A stretch of 64,000 bases of DNA. It comes from Podarcis vaucheri (lineage: Eukaryota). Location: NCBI GenBank assembly GCA_965113315.1, contig OZ220368.1. One strand, 5' to 3'. Below, piece after piece: positions 1 through 12,989 of the stretch. Under the pieces are notes generated by a model. The model ran no database searches. It was not told where the DNA came from and saw nothing but the letters and a program-made list of their open reading frames with translations. Numbering within the stretch: position 1 is the stretch's first letter; every line of letters starts with the position of its first letter. The position numbers and the translations under genes are program-made.

Positions 1-34
1 ATGTTTTTTGACCATTGGTATATATTTCTTCCAG

Positions 35-110
35 TTTTTATGCAGATTTTGGACCTTTAAATGTGGCTCTGGTACATCGATTCTGCTGTAAACTAAACAA
101 GAAATTAAAG
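35..110 (+). CDS. CDC14A: CDC14A coding exon (human exon 3 equivalent), 76 nt: [25 protein letters not shown]
   Basis: ccag acceptor at 31-34, gtgaga donor at 111; the FYADFGPLN motif of the Cdc14 N-terminal DSPn domain. Confidence 0.97.
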
Positions 111-1384
111 GTGAGACCATTGTATTTTCTTCTAAATATTGTTTTTTTGCTAAAATTTAACAAACTGTTATTATTAACAGCCATTTATGATAATTAACAG
201 AATTGCTGGTACATTAAGATTGTGTTTTTCTCTCTCTGAATAAAGAAAATGACAATTTATGCTCCATATGAAAATTAGACCATGGATTTGATAATGCAGT
301 TCCATGACATCTAAAATATATACCACATATATTAACGGTATTCTTCCAGTTAACTCACAAGATGATCTGAAACTTTGTTGGATGAAAAATAGTTTGAAAA
401 TGATTATATTTCATAGAAATTAATGCAGTGGCTTGATTTACATATAAAAGTAAGCCAGGATGAAACAAACCATAGTTTACAGGGAACAAGCATGTATGCT
501 GTTCAGATTGCAGCCATCTCTCTTCCTTTGCTGCATTAAGAGGAAACCAACCAGAGTGTTGACTCACAATTACATGCAAATCAGTGCTTGGGGTCTGTTT
601 TTTCCCTCCAAACCACAAGAGCAAGCAAAGAATATGCCATGGTTTGTTCCTGGCTTTGTTCTAGCTGTGTGTTTGAAGAGAAGTAAACCATGAGTTGCTA
701 GTTTAAAGATAACACAAGGGTTGCCAGACAAGAAAGGGATGAGTGCGATTTGAGCAGTGTGCTAGGATTCTGTTTTGTTTCTCTGTTGGGTGTGAAATAG
801 GCCGTTATCTTAACACGATAAGTTTAAAAATTTCTTAAGGCATAAGCTGTCTTGAACCGTGATCCACGTAGTCTATGCTGTAATAGATCACTCTTCTTTA
901 AGATGCTTCATCCCTATGCTGAGCACAAGAGTAGAAAACAAGTCACTGGTTCATTGTTCTCTAACCCCTATTCATGTGAGAGATTTAACATTTGATATTA
1001 CTGGTGTTTCTGCACAGTAAGCAGCAAGCTAAGAATGGAGCCTGGTGATTGATTTACATGTTCTGGACTTTTCATTCAAAGGTGTGCCTGTCTTGTAAGC
1101 ATTCCCTCTGTCTTTATTGTTGTTGCTGAGTGAATACATGAGGAGACTGTTTGTTCCAGATGTCTTAAAGAGGTTATTTTGGTGTCCCAGTTCCTCAGGC
1201 GTATTGTCTGCTAGAATTTAGGCATTCAGTAGGTTTTATTAGAAGATGAGCACAGGCGATGGGAAGTTAGCCACAGGAATGCCATCACCTGTGGCTGATG
1301 TAATATCCAAACCATCTCAGAAAGAGGCTAAAGAAGAAAAGTAAGAAAGACAAGTGGCCAATTTGCAGGCATACTGTGATTGTC

Positions 1385-1690
1385 TAGGGACAGATGAATC
1401 TGTCAGTTTTGTTTCCCCCTTTTTTTCCCTTTTCCGATCCTAAGTTTGTCCCATTTCTGCAGCAGTTTGTGATTTTTATTTATTTTTAGTCTGCATAAAA
1501 TCTTGTGAGGATTTTTGTGCACATTTCTCCTAATATTTGCATTTTGTGAGTACCTTTTGGGGATCTACATAAGAAAATTCAGAGAAGTACAGATTTCAAA
1601 AGATTAAATGTGTTTTCGTTCACATATTAGTTCGGAAAATGCAAAATTAAGTTTTAATGTGAACCAAATAAATGTATTCTCCCATCCCTA
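1385..1690. mobile_element. Old non-autonomous DNA transposon (hAT-like TAGGGA...CATCCCTA ends); relatives at ~51140-51545 and 58260-58771
   Basis: Inverted termini and three diverged similar copies in the window; no clear TSD. Confidence 0.55.
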
Positions 1691-1845
1691 GTTGAGGAGC
1701 ACTTGACCAGGATGTGAGGTAATTTGAAAGAACTGCCAAGACACACAACGCTAAACTGGTATTACTTAGCTGCCAGTATTTCATTCACTTAAATTTGTGG
1801 TTCTGTGCTAACCATCCCTTCGTACTTTTTTCCCTTTTTAAACAG

Positions 1846-1938
1846 TCATTCAGTCTTTCAAGAAAGAAAATAGTATATTATACCAGCTTTGACCAGCGGA
1901 AACGAGCAAATGCCGCATTTTTGATAGGTGCATATGCA
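1846..1938 (+). CDS. CDC14A: CDC14A exon 4 equivalent, 93 nt: [31 protein letters not shown]
   Basis: Pyrimidine tract + aacag acceptor, gtaagt donor; conserved [10 protein letters not shown] motif; phase 0/0; not in the ORF track. Confidence 0.97.
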
Positions 1939-3085
1939 GTAAGTATCACTTGATAAGTCTGTCTGTCTCACTCGCTCTCTTGCAGGGACTTGCTGACCTA
2001 TATGTTTCTGGCTAAGTACAGATACTATATATGCTAGTATCACTGTCCTTTTGTTATAATTCTTCTACAATCTAGTCCACTATTTAAAAGGTGGGAGAGA
2101 TTTGCCCATTCTGCTGAACCTTTGTCTCTTCTGTTGCTCCCTTTCCTGCTTCTGGTCTTAAGCAGGGAAAGAAGGTAAAAAAGATAGTTACATTTATTGC
2201 TACACTGTGTTCACATAATACAGCATTGTTCGTTCTTGTGTCCAATTTCCTTTCAATATCTTCCTTGGACTGGGAATCCAGATTCTACGATTGGTCCCAG
2301 GGGGTTCAGTCTGCTGCAGGGCCTTTTCCCCTTATTCATTCTTCTTGGATTCAAGGGAACCAGCAGGAGAGACTGCCCTACTGCTTTCATGTTGAGCTGT
2401 GCGCACAGTTTTGACCTCTCCTTTGTTAAAGGGCACTTTGTAAATTATGTTTTTTATAAGATCTACAGCTGTGCTGGTGAGGCAAGACCGCAAAGTTTGT
2501 GTTGGTTTTATTTGGGAAACTTGATATTATTATTATTATTTGAAGCATGCATATAAAATGTTGTAGGCTATTTATCTGTATAGGTAAACAAGGTAAACGT
2601 TTGAAGTTTTGTAGCAGTATGTCTTAAAATAATGCTCTTTTGACAGTAAGTTACGTTTTGGATTTATGTTGTTTAGAAATGGGTCTCCTGTATAGGGAAA
2701 CGGTGTGTAAATACCTGTGCCGAAAAGAAAAAAGAAACATTATCTCTACTGAGATCATCAGCATTACTTTGGGAATATGAACTTGTATAAGTACGTCATA
2801 TGTCATAATCTTCCTGTATGGAGTAATGGAAACAAATGGGCCCTTTGTGGAGCAACTGAGCAAGAGACAAACAAATGAACTAGTTGAGCTTTTTCTAGAG
2901 GAGCATAACATTTGCTTTAACTTCATATGTGTGCTGAGAAACACCAAACAGTAGTCATATGGGGATGGTATTGACATGGAAATGAAATCAACAAAAGACC
3001 AGTACTTCACAAGAAGGCAAGGAGCAATTGCCACAGCTACTGTGTTTCGACTCGTAGTCATTGAAAGGGAGTTAGCTTTAAATTA

Positions 3086-3344
3086 CTGTATTTTTTGCTC
3101 TATAAGACTTACTATTTCCCTCCTAAAAAGTAAGGGGAAATGTATGTGCGTCTTATTGAGCGAATGCAAGTTGCACAGCTATCCCAGAAGCCAGAACAGC
3201 AAGAGGGATTGCTGCTTTCACTGCATAGCGATCCCTCTTGCTGTTCTGGCTTCTGAGATTCAGAATATTTTTTTTCTTGTTTTCCTCCTCCAAAAACTAG
3301 GTGCAACTTGTGGTCTGGTGCGTCTTATAGAGCAAAAAATACAG
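3086..3344. mobile_element. Tc1/mariner-type MITE
   Basis: Perfect 23-bp TIR ctgtattttttgctctataagac flanked by TA on both sides. Confidence 0.9.
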
Positions 3345-6300
3345 TACATTCTTGTGCCTATCAGCCCTCATTGGGCAGTAGGACTTAAACCCAATCTTTT
3401 TTGGATTTCTCTATACATTTGTTCTGTGCTTCTATATGGAAATTCTTCAGCAGGCCCAAATAGTTCCGTATGGTATGACTCAAGGGGGTCCAAGGATGAT
3501 GGTCTGTGGAATGTGGCCTGGGGGATTTGTGTTTCCTGTTCTGTAATTCAACGATGCCATGATGAACTTGGTGTCCCATTTGTCATCCTTTCTGGCTATA
3601 ATGTTGAAATCGTTTCTAAGTCTGTAATGGCATTTATATTCTGCACAGTTGATATTATACTTCTTGGCTGACAACCTCACCCTGGATCTAACAATGGAAG
3701 CCTTCTGTGTTTAAATAAATAAATAAACCTGGTTGCTATTGCAACAGGCGTGATCTTGCAGAACCATTAGTGTTGAGAAGATAGTGCAGCAAAAGTACTG
3801 CAAACAGTGAATTGTGGTAGAAATATTCCTTTTAATAGTAACTAATAAAGCATGTAGAAATGTCCAAGCTCTGTACAGCACTTAGATTGTTTGACTGCAG
3901 ATAGGAATTCTCTAAGAGACACAGTGCAGAAGGAATAAGGAATGAAGAGGAAAACAAGCATTGGCGCAAGGAGGACGGAAACAAGTTTCCTGTAGCTTCT
4001 GCTTCTCTGATTGATGGATGGGGCTAGGCTTGCCTGTCCCTTGCAATTATGTTCATCCTGAGAAGCCTTGGCAGAGCTCAGAGCATGCTTCCCTTTGGCT
4101 CTGCCCTCCCACAGCACTCCTTGTGCCATAGATAGCAGAAACAAACAGCCAGGTTAATGTAGAACTGCACACACACAAAGTGGAGCAGAAGAGCAATTAT
4201 TCAGCTAGGACAGACACGTCTGCCTGGCTTGTGTATGACTGGCTAAATTAATAACATTAATGGTTGAGTTAAGAGTGCCACTGTTGCATCCCTTTTTAGC
4301 ATGGACAGACTAATGGTCTGGTATACTTTCCTGCAGAGGAGTCAGGTGTGTGTTGTTCATGAGGTTTTAACAAGGATTAGGGATGGAGATGCAATCTGTA
4401 TCTCCAGTTGTGGGGGTAAGGATTCTGCAGGGGTTGATACTAGGCACATCATAGCCTCATCTAATTGCTGTTTCCCAGGTGTGGGTGCAAATCAAGCTTA
4501 AAGGTGAGACAGGTAGTGCCAGAAGTGGGTCAGTCCTGCTTTGCACAGTATGCTTCTTAGGATAGTAGGCTGCTCTTTGAAGGAAAATAGAATGAGAGTC
4601 TCTCCTCTCTTGCCAAAATAACCTTCAGTTGAATTACCAGTCCTAAACTTGCATGCAGCCAACAGTTTCCACTCATTTATCTCTCCCTTCATGTGCTAGG
4701 TTTATTATGCATAATGTTACTGTTTCGAAAAACAATGTTTCCTGATGTTTGTGTAGTCTAATACATGACATTCTGAACATTGTTAGTTTAGAGGTTTGCT
4801 TTTTTACTGCCGTAATGCTAAAATATTAATGTGTAAAATGAGAATAGGCAAACACTAGATTAAATTCTAGAATAGAACTTCCACTGGTAGCTGTGTACTA
4901 TAAACAGCCACACAATGTGACTTACGTATTTTCCGTTGAGCCCAGTTCCCAGGAACACATATTTCCCTCTCGTCTTGCTTTATTTATAATGCTGCCTTGA
5001 GTGTTGTTCAAAATGCAAGGTGGGAGCCCCATTCTTTTCCCCCATTTCCTCTACACTGTTAGCAAACTGTGCTCCTAGTTCTACCTAGCGAGGTCTAGTT
5101 AACATTTGACTCTACCATTGTGTGAAACAAATCACTCATGAAACCAGTATCATGTCCTGGTGGCATAGAGCACATCTGGATGAATCTGGGACTCATACTG
5201 TTTACAGTAGAAAGTAATCATACTGTGTAGAGTGTTTTTTTTCCAGGCTGCCTTAAATGCAGCTCTATAATTCTCCCAGAATACTTTTGTTAGTTTCAGT
5301 AGAACTCCTGGTATAACGCCATCAGCTTTAGCAAGGAACTGTTTAGCAGCCACTGGTGTGTGAAATAACAGAAAGCCTGAAATGATTTTGCATGTGCTGC
5401 TGAGCATTTACTCTACCGTCTCAGAATTTGCAGAATGTAGTTTAAAATACCCTTGAAATGCGCCTATGCAGCGTCCTAATCATGGAACAGTTCATTCCTT
5501 AGAAACAACTTTTCAGGAAACTGAGAGAATGAAAATACAGTTTGCAAAACAGTCCTAGAAAGGTTTCCTTGAATCATGTTTTTATCAACTACCGTCAGCA
5601 ATGAAAACATAACGTAAGTTTTGATAAAGGACACAGATCAGTATATTTGTTAGTAATTTATTATTTCATAAAAAATTATATTCCGCTTGATGATTAAAAA
5701 AACAACAACCTCAAAGCAGCTTACAAAAGATAAAACAGTAAAATCAAGAAAAAAGCACAGCCATACTTTAAAACATACAGAAGTTAAGATACTAAAACAG
5801 ATTAAAATGACCTCAAATTTCTAAGCATATTGGTTTTTAACAGGTGCCAAAAGGAATACAGTGAAGGCCCCTGCTTGCTCTCAGTAGGCAGGAAATTACA
5901 AAGTGTAGGCACTGCCACACTGAATGAAAGAGTTCTTACAAATGCAGAATAGCACCTGTAGTAGTGCCAATTCTGACAATTGATGCAGTTGAGTGGGTAA
6001 GGCGATCTTTTATAGAGACAGATTTCATTCATAAGTTTATTAGCACTATTTTTTTATTTGCTACTGCTTACTTCTGTAAGCCGTCATGACCTACATCTTC
6101 ACTACTACAAAAGAGAAGGAAGTAATTTGATTTCCAAGAAGCATACTGAATGGGAATAGGAGTGCTTTATTATAAGAGAGTCAGGAGAAGAATACTGACT
6201 CGAACATAACCACAGAAGTCAGTGGATGTGTTCTCATCAATATAACAGTGGATAGAACTGAACTCAGGATGTTGCAGCAAACTGGGTGGAGTTTCCTGAA

Positions 6301-6453
6301 ATGGTCTCATAATGCAATCCAACTCATACAAAAACATGCCCTAAAATATGATTTACTGGAAAGCGAATTGCAAGCTGTGGTGCTTCTATCAAACATCAGA
6401 TGGGCATATCTACATTAAGAATAATGGATGGTATCCAACCATGTTGCTTAGCT

Positions 6454-6964
6454 CAGTGTTTCCCAACCGGTGTTCCGCGGCACACTAGTGTGCCGTGAGA
6501 CACCGGCTGGTGTGCCGTGGGAGGGAGGCGGGCGAGTCGGGCGGCGAGAGGCGGCGGCGGCGAGGATCTGCGTCGAGCCGGGGGCGGCTCCGCGGTGGTG
6601 GTGCCGAGCGGCGGGGCAGCGCGCGCAAAAGGGAGGAGCGCGAGACAGCGGAGGAGGAGGAGGCCGGCATGTCCGGGCAGCAACAGCAGCAGCAGCAACT
6701 CCCGGCGACGGCTCCTCCGCCCGCTATCGCCGCCACCACCACAACAGCCGCCGCCGCCTCAGCTGCCGCCGTCCCTCAGTCCCTCGCTCTGCTGCCTCCT
6801 CCCACCCCGGCAAGGGGAAGGGAAAAAACGTTCACTTTTGTGCGTCCCTCCCGGCGTGACGCTGCGTGCTGACGTCACGGGGCGGGGCTTTAATGGTGGT
6901 GTGCCGCGAGATTTTTTTCCGGTAAACAGGTGTGCCGTTGCCCAAAAACGTTTGGGAAACACTG
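6454..6964. mobile_element. Young non-autonomous hAT element with a GC/CpG-rich interior
   Basis: Perfect 13-bp TIR cagtgtttcccaa; perfect 8-bp TSD gcttagct (6446-6453, 6965-6972); subterminal gtgtgccg repeats. Confidence 0.93.
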
Positions 6965-7352
6965 GCTTAGCTAATGGTAAGAATTATGTCGGTAGAAAGG
7001 TGGGGGAATATATTTTGGGCAATTCTCCTCCTCCCTGCAGCCCTTTCCAAATCTTCTGCAGCAGATCAGGTGTGGGGGGCTGTAGGGGGAAGGGGAAATC
7101 TCTGAAAACTGCTTCCCTCCCTGTTCCTCACTGTCTGCTGAGCAACAGCATTGTATACAGCCTATTGGCATTTCTCTGACCGATTGAAGCATGAAAATAC
7201 TCTTTTTAAGGCTGTGTAGCAGATGCTAAAGAATGGCAGGTTTCATCCAATTCACATTAAGGTCTTGTTTTGAGAAAATATATTGTACCACTGCAAATAC
7301 CATTTTAGCTTTTCTAAGACAGTGTGCTGCTCACGTTGGTGTTCTTTTGCAG

Positions 7353-7432
7353 GTAATCTCCTTAAAGAAAACACCAGAAGAAGCTTACCGAATACTTTTA
7401 TCCGGATCTAATCCACCATATCTTCCATTTAG
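7353..7432 (+). CDS. CDC14A: CDC14A exon 5 equivalent, 80 nt: [27 protein letters not shown]
   Basis: ttttgcag acceptor, gtatgg donor; phase 0/2 fits neighbouring exons. Confidence 0.97.
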
Positions 7433-10400
7433 GTATGGCTGCCGCAGTAATAATACCTAACATTTGCCTAGCACTTCCATGTGTAATGCATTATCTAGTT
7501 GCAATCCTTAACAACAACCCTATAAGATAAGTCTGTATTTGATATCCCCCACATTGCAGGGGGAGCCTAAGAGACAGTAGTTTGCCTGCAGCCTCCTAGT
7601 GAGTTTGTGGCAGAGGTGGGAGTCCAGGCACTTCCTGATTCATTGCTCAGCCTCTTAGCCATTACATTATGCCAGCTGTAGTTACAAATTAAACAGATTA
7701 GCTTCAAAGCTTCTAAATAGGTGTTTGAGGCTGGCATATTGTGTTGCAGTCGCTGCCTAGCATTTAAATTACCATGATACGTGGATGATGATGTGTAGCT
7801 TCCTTCAGGCACCATGATACTTCCCTTAGTCTACATTTCTCTTGCTTAATTTTTGGACCTGTTTTTCTGACTGCTTTTTGTTCCTTTTGCTTGCTACCCA
7901 CCAAAGGTCCAAAGAGCTGTACATGCTCTAATTTTTTTTTTCTGGCTCCCTACTGCATTCCTTCTCCCACACACCACCTTACCACCTCCCAATAACAAAT
8001 CTCTGGAAGATTTCCAGCACAGACCTTTGGGGTGGCAGCCCTATATTTGTGGAAGCTCTGCTAGCACCAACTTTGACAGATTTTGGGCACCAGGTAAAAA
8101 TGTGTTGTTGTTTTTTAATCCTCCCAGGCATTTGGATCCTAATATTGTTGGGGTTCTTGTGGCTATCTCAGTTGGAATCCTTGTGTTGTGTGAGGGAAGG
8201 GCATTTTTGCTTGGTTTTGGTGATTGTGGATCATTGGTTTTAGTGTGTTGTTGATTTTACACATCATACATATTTGTGGTTGCATGAATGCTATTGTTGT
8301 AACTCACTTTGAGACTTTTCTGGTAGAAAATGACAAATAAATTCAATGATTAATATTACTTGAATGGTTTTGGCTTCATTGATAAAAATTAGCTAAACTT
8401 TCGCTTTTGTGTTCTTTACCGTGTCATTTGGTACATTTTTGCATATTAAATATGCATGTCTTCTTTTCAACCAGATTTAAGAGGCTATGTCTCCAGGCTT
8501 GTATTATGGGCTTGTAACTGCTGAGGAACTGATTTGCACTTCACCGCAAAACCTAGAGAGTTAGTGTTTGGCAGATATAGTTAAATAGAAAATGTAGGTC
8601 CAGCATGGGCTTGACGTGCCTGTCACAGCCTTGGAGCCTTATTGAGACAGATGTGAGTCACAGATGCCAATGAATTAAGTTTGACCATTAGGTAGATGGT
8701 GACAGAAGCCGTTCCTTTGTCATTATCAGAATGACTTTCTACCTTCTGCCTGAAAATGTAGGAAAGAGTAGAAGGATAGGTACATAAGGCTGGCATTTCC
8801 TGACAGTCATTTTCATTAGGGCAAAATTGCTGCTGATTTAGCTGCTTAAAGAAGCTGGCTGGATGCCAAGCATCAAAGCTTTCTCAGCACAGAACTGTTT
8901 GTAATACCTGGAGTTTAGATAGCTGCCACGAATGTATTCTGAGCTGTAGGCATCAAATATTTAAAGCAAGGGCAACTTATCAATGATAGCAATGCTATTT
9001 TGAAGCCTACATAGCTACTGTGTATGCTCACTTGGTGGGGTCAGTGCATGGAACATGGTAGTTCTAACACATACACTGTTTAGTTATTTACTTGTTTTTT
9101 TAGTTGAGAGCAGAAATGACTTGTGCTGCTTGGTTACTTTTCTCCTGGAGCCTGTTTATTCATTATAGGCCTCCCAGTGCCAACTGTAAAGCGTTTGACA
9201 CAAACTGCTTGTTTTTCCCTCTGAAATCTACCTGAGAAAGGACCAGAAGCACAGTTCAAACATGCATACATAGTCTCCTCATTGTGTTCCCCTGCAGGAA
9301 TACCCAGTTTTCTCTATCTAGGTACGATTTCAAGAGAAATGCATGTCTGAATCTAGTTGATAGGTATGAATGGAAGAGCAGAAAAAAGATACATATTTCC
9401 ATGATCCAAATCAGCTTGTTGTTTGTTCCTGAACAACAAAAATGCTTTTCTTCATTGGTAAAGATTCTCAGTTTAAATGACTGTGGATACCAGGATTTCT
9501 CAGTCTAGTGATCCAAGAAGGACCAGTTACGGGATGCCATTATAAGACACTTTTAGGAGATTTTTACATTGTGATATCTATTAATGGGGAGGGTTCTTGT
9601 AATTTTGTTTATAAGGCAACATGCCTGTCTCTTGTGCTTCAAGGAGCATTAAGAGCAGCTTACAAATCACATAATTAAAAACAAAGCCAATACTGAAATA
9701 ACCAAACAATCATAAAGTACTCCTGGGCCTAGAATCAATAATCAAAAACCAGAACCAATTCTAGGAGGATATCTAGACCCAATGCCTGATTATGTAAAGT
9801 GAATCAGATTGCTGGGTATCTTGAGATAACAAATTCTACAATCCAGATGCTGCTACTGTGGAGACCTACTCTCAGGTCTGTTTTCTGCACCTCCTAGGCA
9901 CCAGGACACAGTCATTGCACGACCGAGTCTCTTGAAATATGTAGTATTAGTTTTCATTCAAATAGATCTGGTTTCATTTAGCTCAATGACCTGGAAAATC
10001 TTAATCTGCTTAGAAATTCAGACATCATTTCATTTTAGGACTGTAGGGGCAAAAGACTGCTGAAATACCAGTATTCAGCTAGATCATATATACCACGCAG
10101 CCAGGTTCCAACCTCTGTGCATGGTGGAAAGACAGGGGAGAAGTTAATGCTGGCTGAAGGGATTAATATTGCATTGAGGGCACTTAACGTTAGGTTTTTA
10201 GTCAAATCGCTTTATCAATGCCAGACCTTCTAGCTTCCCAAAGGATCTGTTGCAGTGAAATACGACTGCATTCTTTCACAATAGGCAGCGGTACCCATTT
10301 TATAATGCTCAATATTTTGTTTTAAAGAGTTTTCATATATGGAAGTGCATACCTCCAGTTTTTCTGCTTAGCCTTTGCCCCTTCATTAGGCAATACAAAC

Positions 10401-12321
10401 AACTGAGGAGAGTCTGCCACAAGCGAATTGCTTTCTATGCAAGTGACTGCCAGTGGACTGCAATAAGGGGAGGTTCAGCCGAATGTCCCCAGTGCTCCCT
10501 TGTCTCTGCCTCTTTGCATTCCAGTGGTGCCAGATACAATCATCTGTGGCCGGCCCAGGGTACAACAGCTGAGTAAACATTGACAGCAGAAAAGGACCAA
10601 GCTGTATAGGAAAATAGGTGTACACGCAGCTGTCCTTCCTGTCCCAATTGGAAACCATGGAAGTCTTCCAAAGGCAGTCACTTCCACTCATTCAGAAAAC
10701 TCTTGATTTTAGTTATTTCCGCTCTGCCTCTTTAAGGCAAACTTTCACAAGGTAGTTTACAATAAAAATGTCAAAAACAATACAACAATGGAATATCGTA
10801 ATAATACAGCGAGGGGCATTTGAATAGAAAGAGCGACAGATATAATTGTCAATAAAAAGCTTGGTGGCATACAGAAATTTTTGAATCTCCTTAAAGGCCA
10901 CAAGAGGGGGCCCATAGAGTTCACAGCAATTGCACAGGTGTGGGAACCACTGGGAAGTCCCTGGTACCCACAAGTCTGCTCAACTTTAACAGCAGGCAAG
11001 GGAGCATTGGTTCATCGTGTTAAAGTGTGTTCATCTGGAATGTTATGTCTATGCTATCCATGGCTAACCCAGTGCAGTTTGCTGCCTAAAGCAAAGGACA
11101 AGGTGGCCCCCACTCCCCACTTCCACATAGAGAAGCTGGCTGGACTGGCAGTTTAATCTTTCTTCAACACTGGTCATTGCATAGCATCCTCCACTTGACG
11201 TGAGGGCAGTAAGCTAACCTAGTGGGTACAAAACAGCTTGGGTGGCCCCTAGCATCTGCTGCCTGAGGTTGATTGTGTTTCTGGTAGAGCTTGTCTTAGC
11301 ACCAACCTAAAGCAGTTATGCACATGCAAATCAATGAGTTGGGGGGGTGGGATCTGATGTTTAAAACTTGAGTGAAATTATGGGTAATATTGAACTAAGA
11401 TTTATCCAGAGTAGACCCATTGAAATGAATGGATCTAATTTAGTAACGTTCATTAATTTCTCTGAGTAAAACTTAGTAGAATACCACCCAATTGTTTTCT
11501 TAAATGTTTGGCGAAATGCCATAACTTTATTTTTATTTTATTCCAAACCCACCACCACCACCATTTGGGATCTTAGCGAACCACTTAATGGTTTCTCTGC
11601 TTGCTGTGGCATTTGTAATTCCATAGAATTTGAATTGTAAATACAATACAACCTAAGAAATAAAAGACAGTGGGAGAATACAATTAACAATCATTATTCA
11701 GTACAGTGGATGTGCATCCACAAATCCAGACACACTGTTGGCTACCTGAATAAAGCTCACAAACCACTGGCGGCCCACAGTTTGTAAACCACAGATCTAG
11801 GGTATGGCCATTGGTTTTATTGGGACTGACACTTTACCCTGTGATTCCTGGATAAAAAAGATATGTGCTGGTAAGTTTTGCATCTCTCTTTGTAGACACT
11901 CAATTCATAAATGAGAGAAATGACGGTTAACTTGAAACTTGGCATTAGTAGGTACATTTCTTTCAAAAGGACGGGGAATATTTAAGGCTGATTCCACTGC
12001 AAGAGTTTAGTAAAGCACATACTTTAAACGATCACTATACACAAATGGTGTACAGCATTAGAGAATGTTTGGCACGTGAAAGCATTTGTTTGCAAGGGTA
12101 GTCTATAGTGACAGTTGCTGCTGTGGAAGGGATATATGGTGTTGCCACAGCTTTGTTAATAGTATATGACAAAGACTTTCTGGGCTTGCCTGAACTTGCT
12201 GGATTCCTATGCAAAGGAAAATAAAGACAAGTCTTTCTGAAAGCTTCCTTTCGAAAAACCATTGCATTAGTATTGGCAGGTAAATTTTTTGATAGGAAAG
12301 CTTCTAGAAACAACAAGACTA

Positions 12322-12751
12322 CCGTATTTTTCGTCCCATAGGATGCTCCGTCCCATAGGACGCACCTAGTTTTTTTGGGGGGGGAATAAAGGAAATTTTT
12401 TTCCCTTTATTTTCCCCCCAAAACCAGGTCGGGGAAACCAAACCAGGTCGGGGAACAGCGGGATGGTGGCGCTGCGCCTCCCCGCTGTCCCCCGAGCTTG
12501 TGGGGCTGGCCAATGTCTGCCCGGCGCGCGGGGTGCTCTGCTTCAGGGCGCCCCACCCTATGTGCAGCAGGCTGCTATCCGCAGCCTAGGGCTGCCTAGG
12601 CTGTGGATGGTTTCCTGAAGCGCCGGGCGCTCTGCTTTCAGCGCGCCCGGCGCTCCGGGAAACAGGCTGCTATGCGCAGCCTAGACAGCCCTGCAGGAAC
12701 TCCCGCGGGCTGCCTAGGTTGCAGATGGCTTCCTGAAGCCTGGAGAGCGAG
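12322..12751. mobile_element. Left part of a Tc1/mariner-type MITE (right end missing)
   Basis: TA + ccgtatttttcg...gacgcacctagtttt terminus resembling the elements at 3086 and 47382. Confidence 0.75.
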
Positions 12752-12989
12752 AGCAGGGGGCCAGTCCACTGTCTCTCAGACCTTGTGGGGGGCCGAACTA
12801 TATTTTGGGGAAAAAATAAAATGAACAAATTCCTGTGCCCCACAAATAACCCAGAGATGCATTTTAAATAAAAGCACACATTCTACTCATGTAAAAAACG
12901 CTGATTCCCAGACCATCCGTGGGTTGGATTGAGAAGGCGATTGGGCCAGATCCGCGCCCCCCCCCCCAGCCTTAGTTTGCCTACCCATG
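12752..12989. mobile_element. hAT-Charlie MITE lacking its left ~17 nt; same family as 21061 and 48654
   Basis: Direct similarity to the other two copies; intact right end agtttgcctacccatg. Confidence 0.88.

Noticed and set aside
2976-3671. 231-aa ORF in intron 4
   Set aside because: Runs through a MITE, has no domain-like features and no splice context; a chance ORF.
6453-7179. Cluster of overlapping ORFs as an independent nested gene
   Set aside because: The ORFs arise from the very high GC of the hAT interior; only the ATG-6669 segment looks gene-derived, and it is reported as captured sequence rather than a gene.
7450-7670. Old CORE-SINE/L2-like remnants here and at ~5660-5960, ~9600-9910, ~14810-14970 and ~18075-18290
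   Set aside because: Probably real but too decayed to assign boundaries or families by eye, so they are not listed as features.
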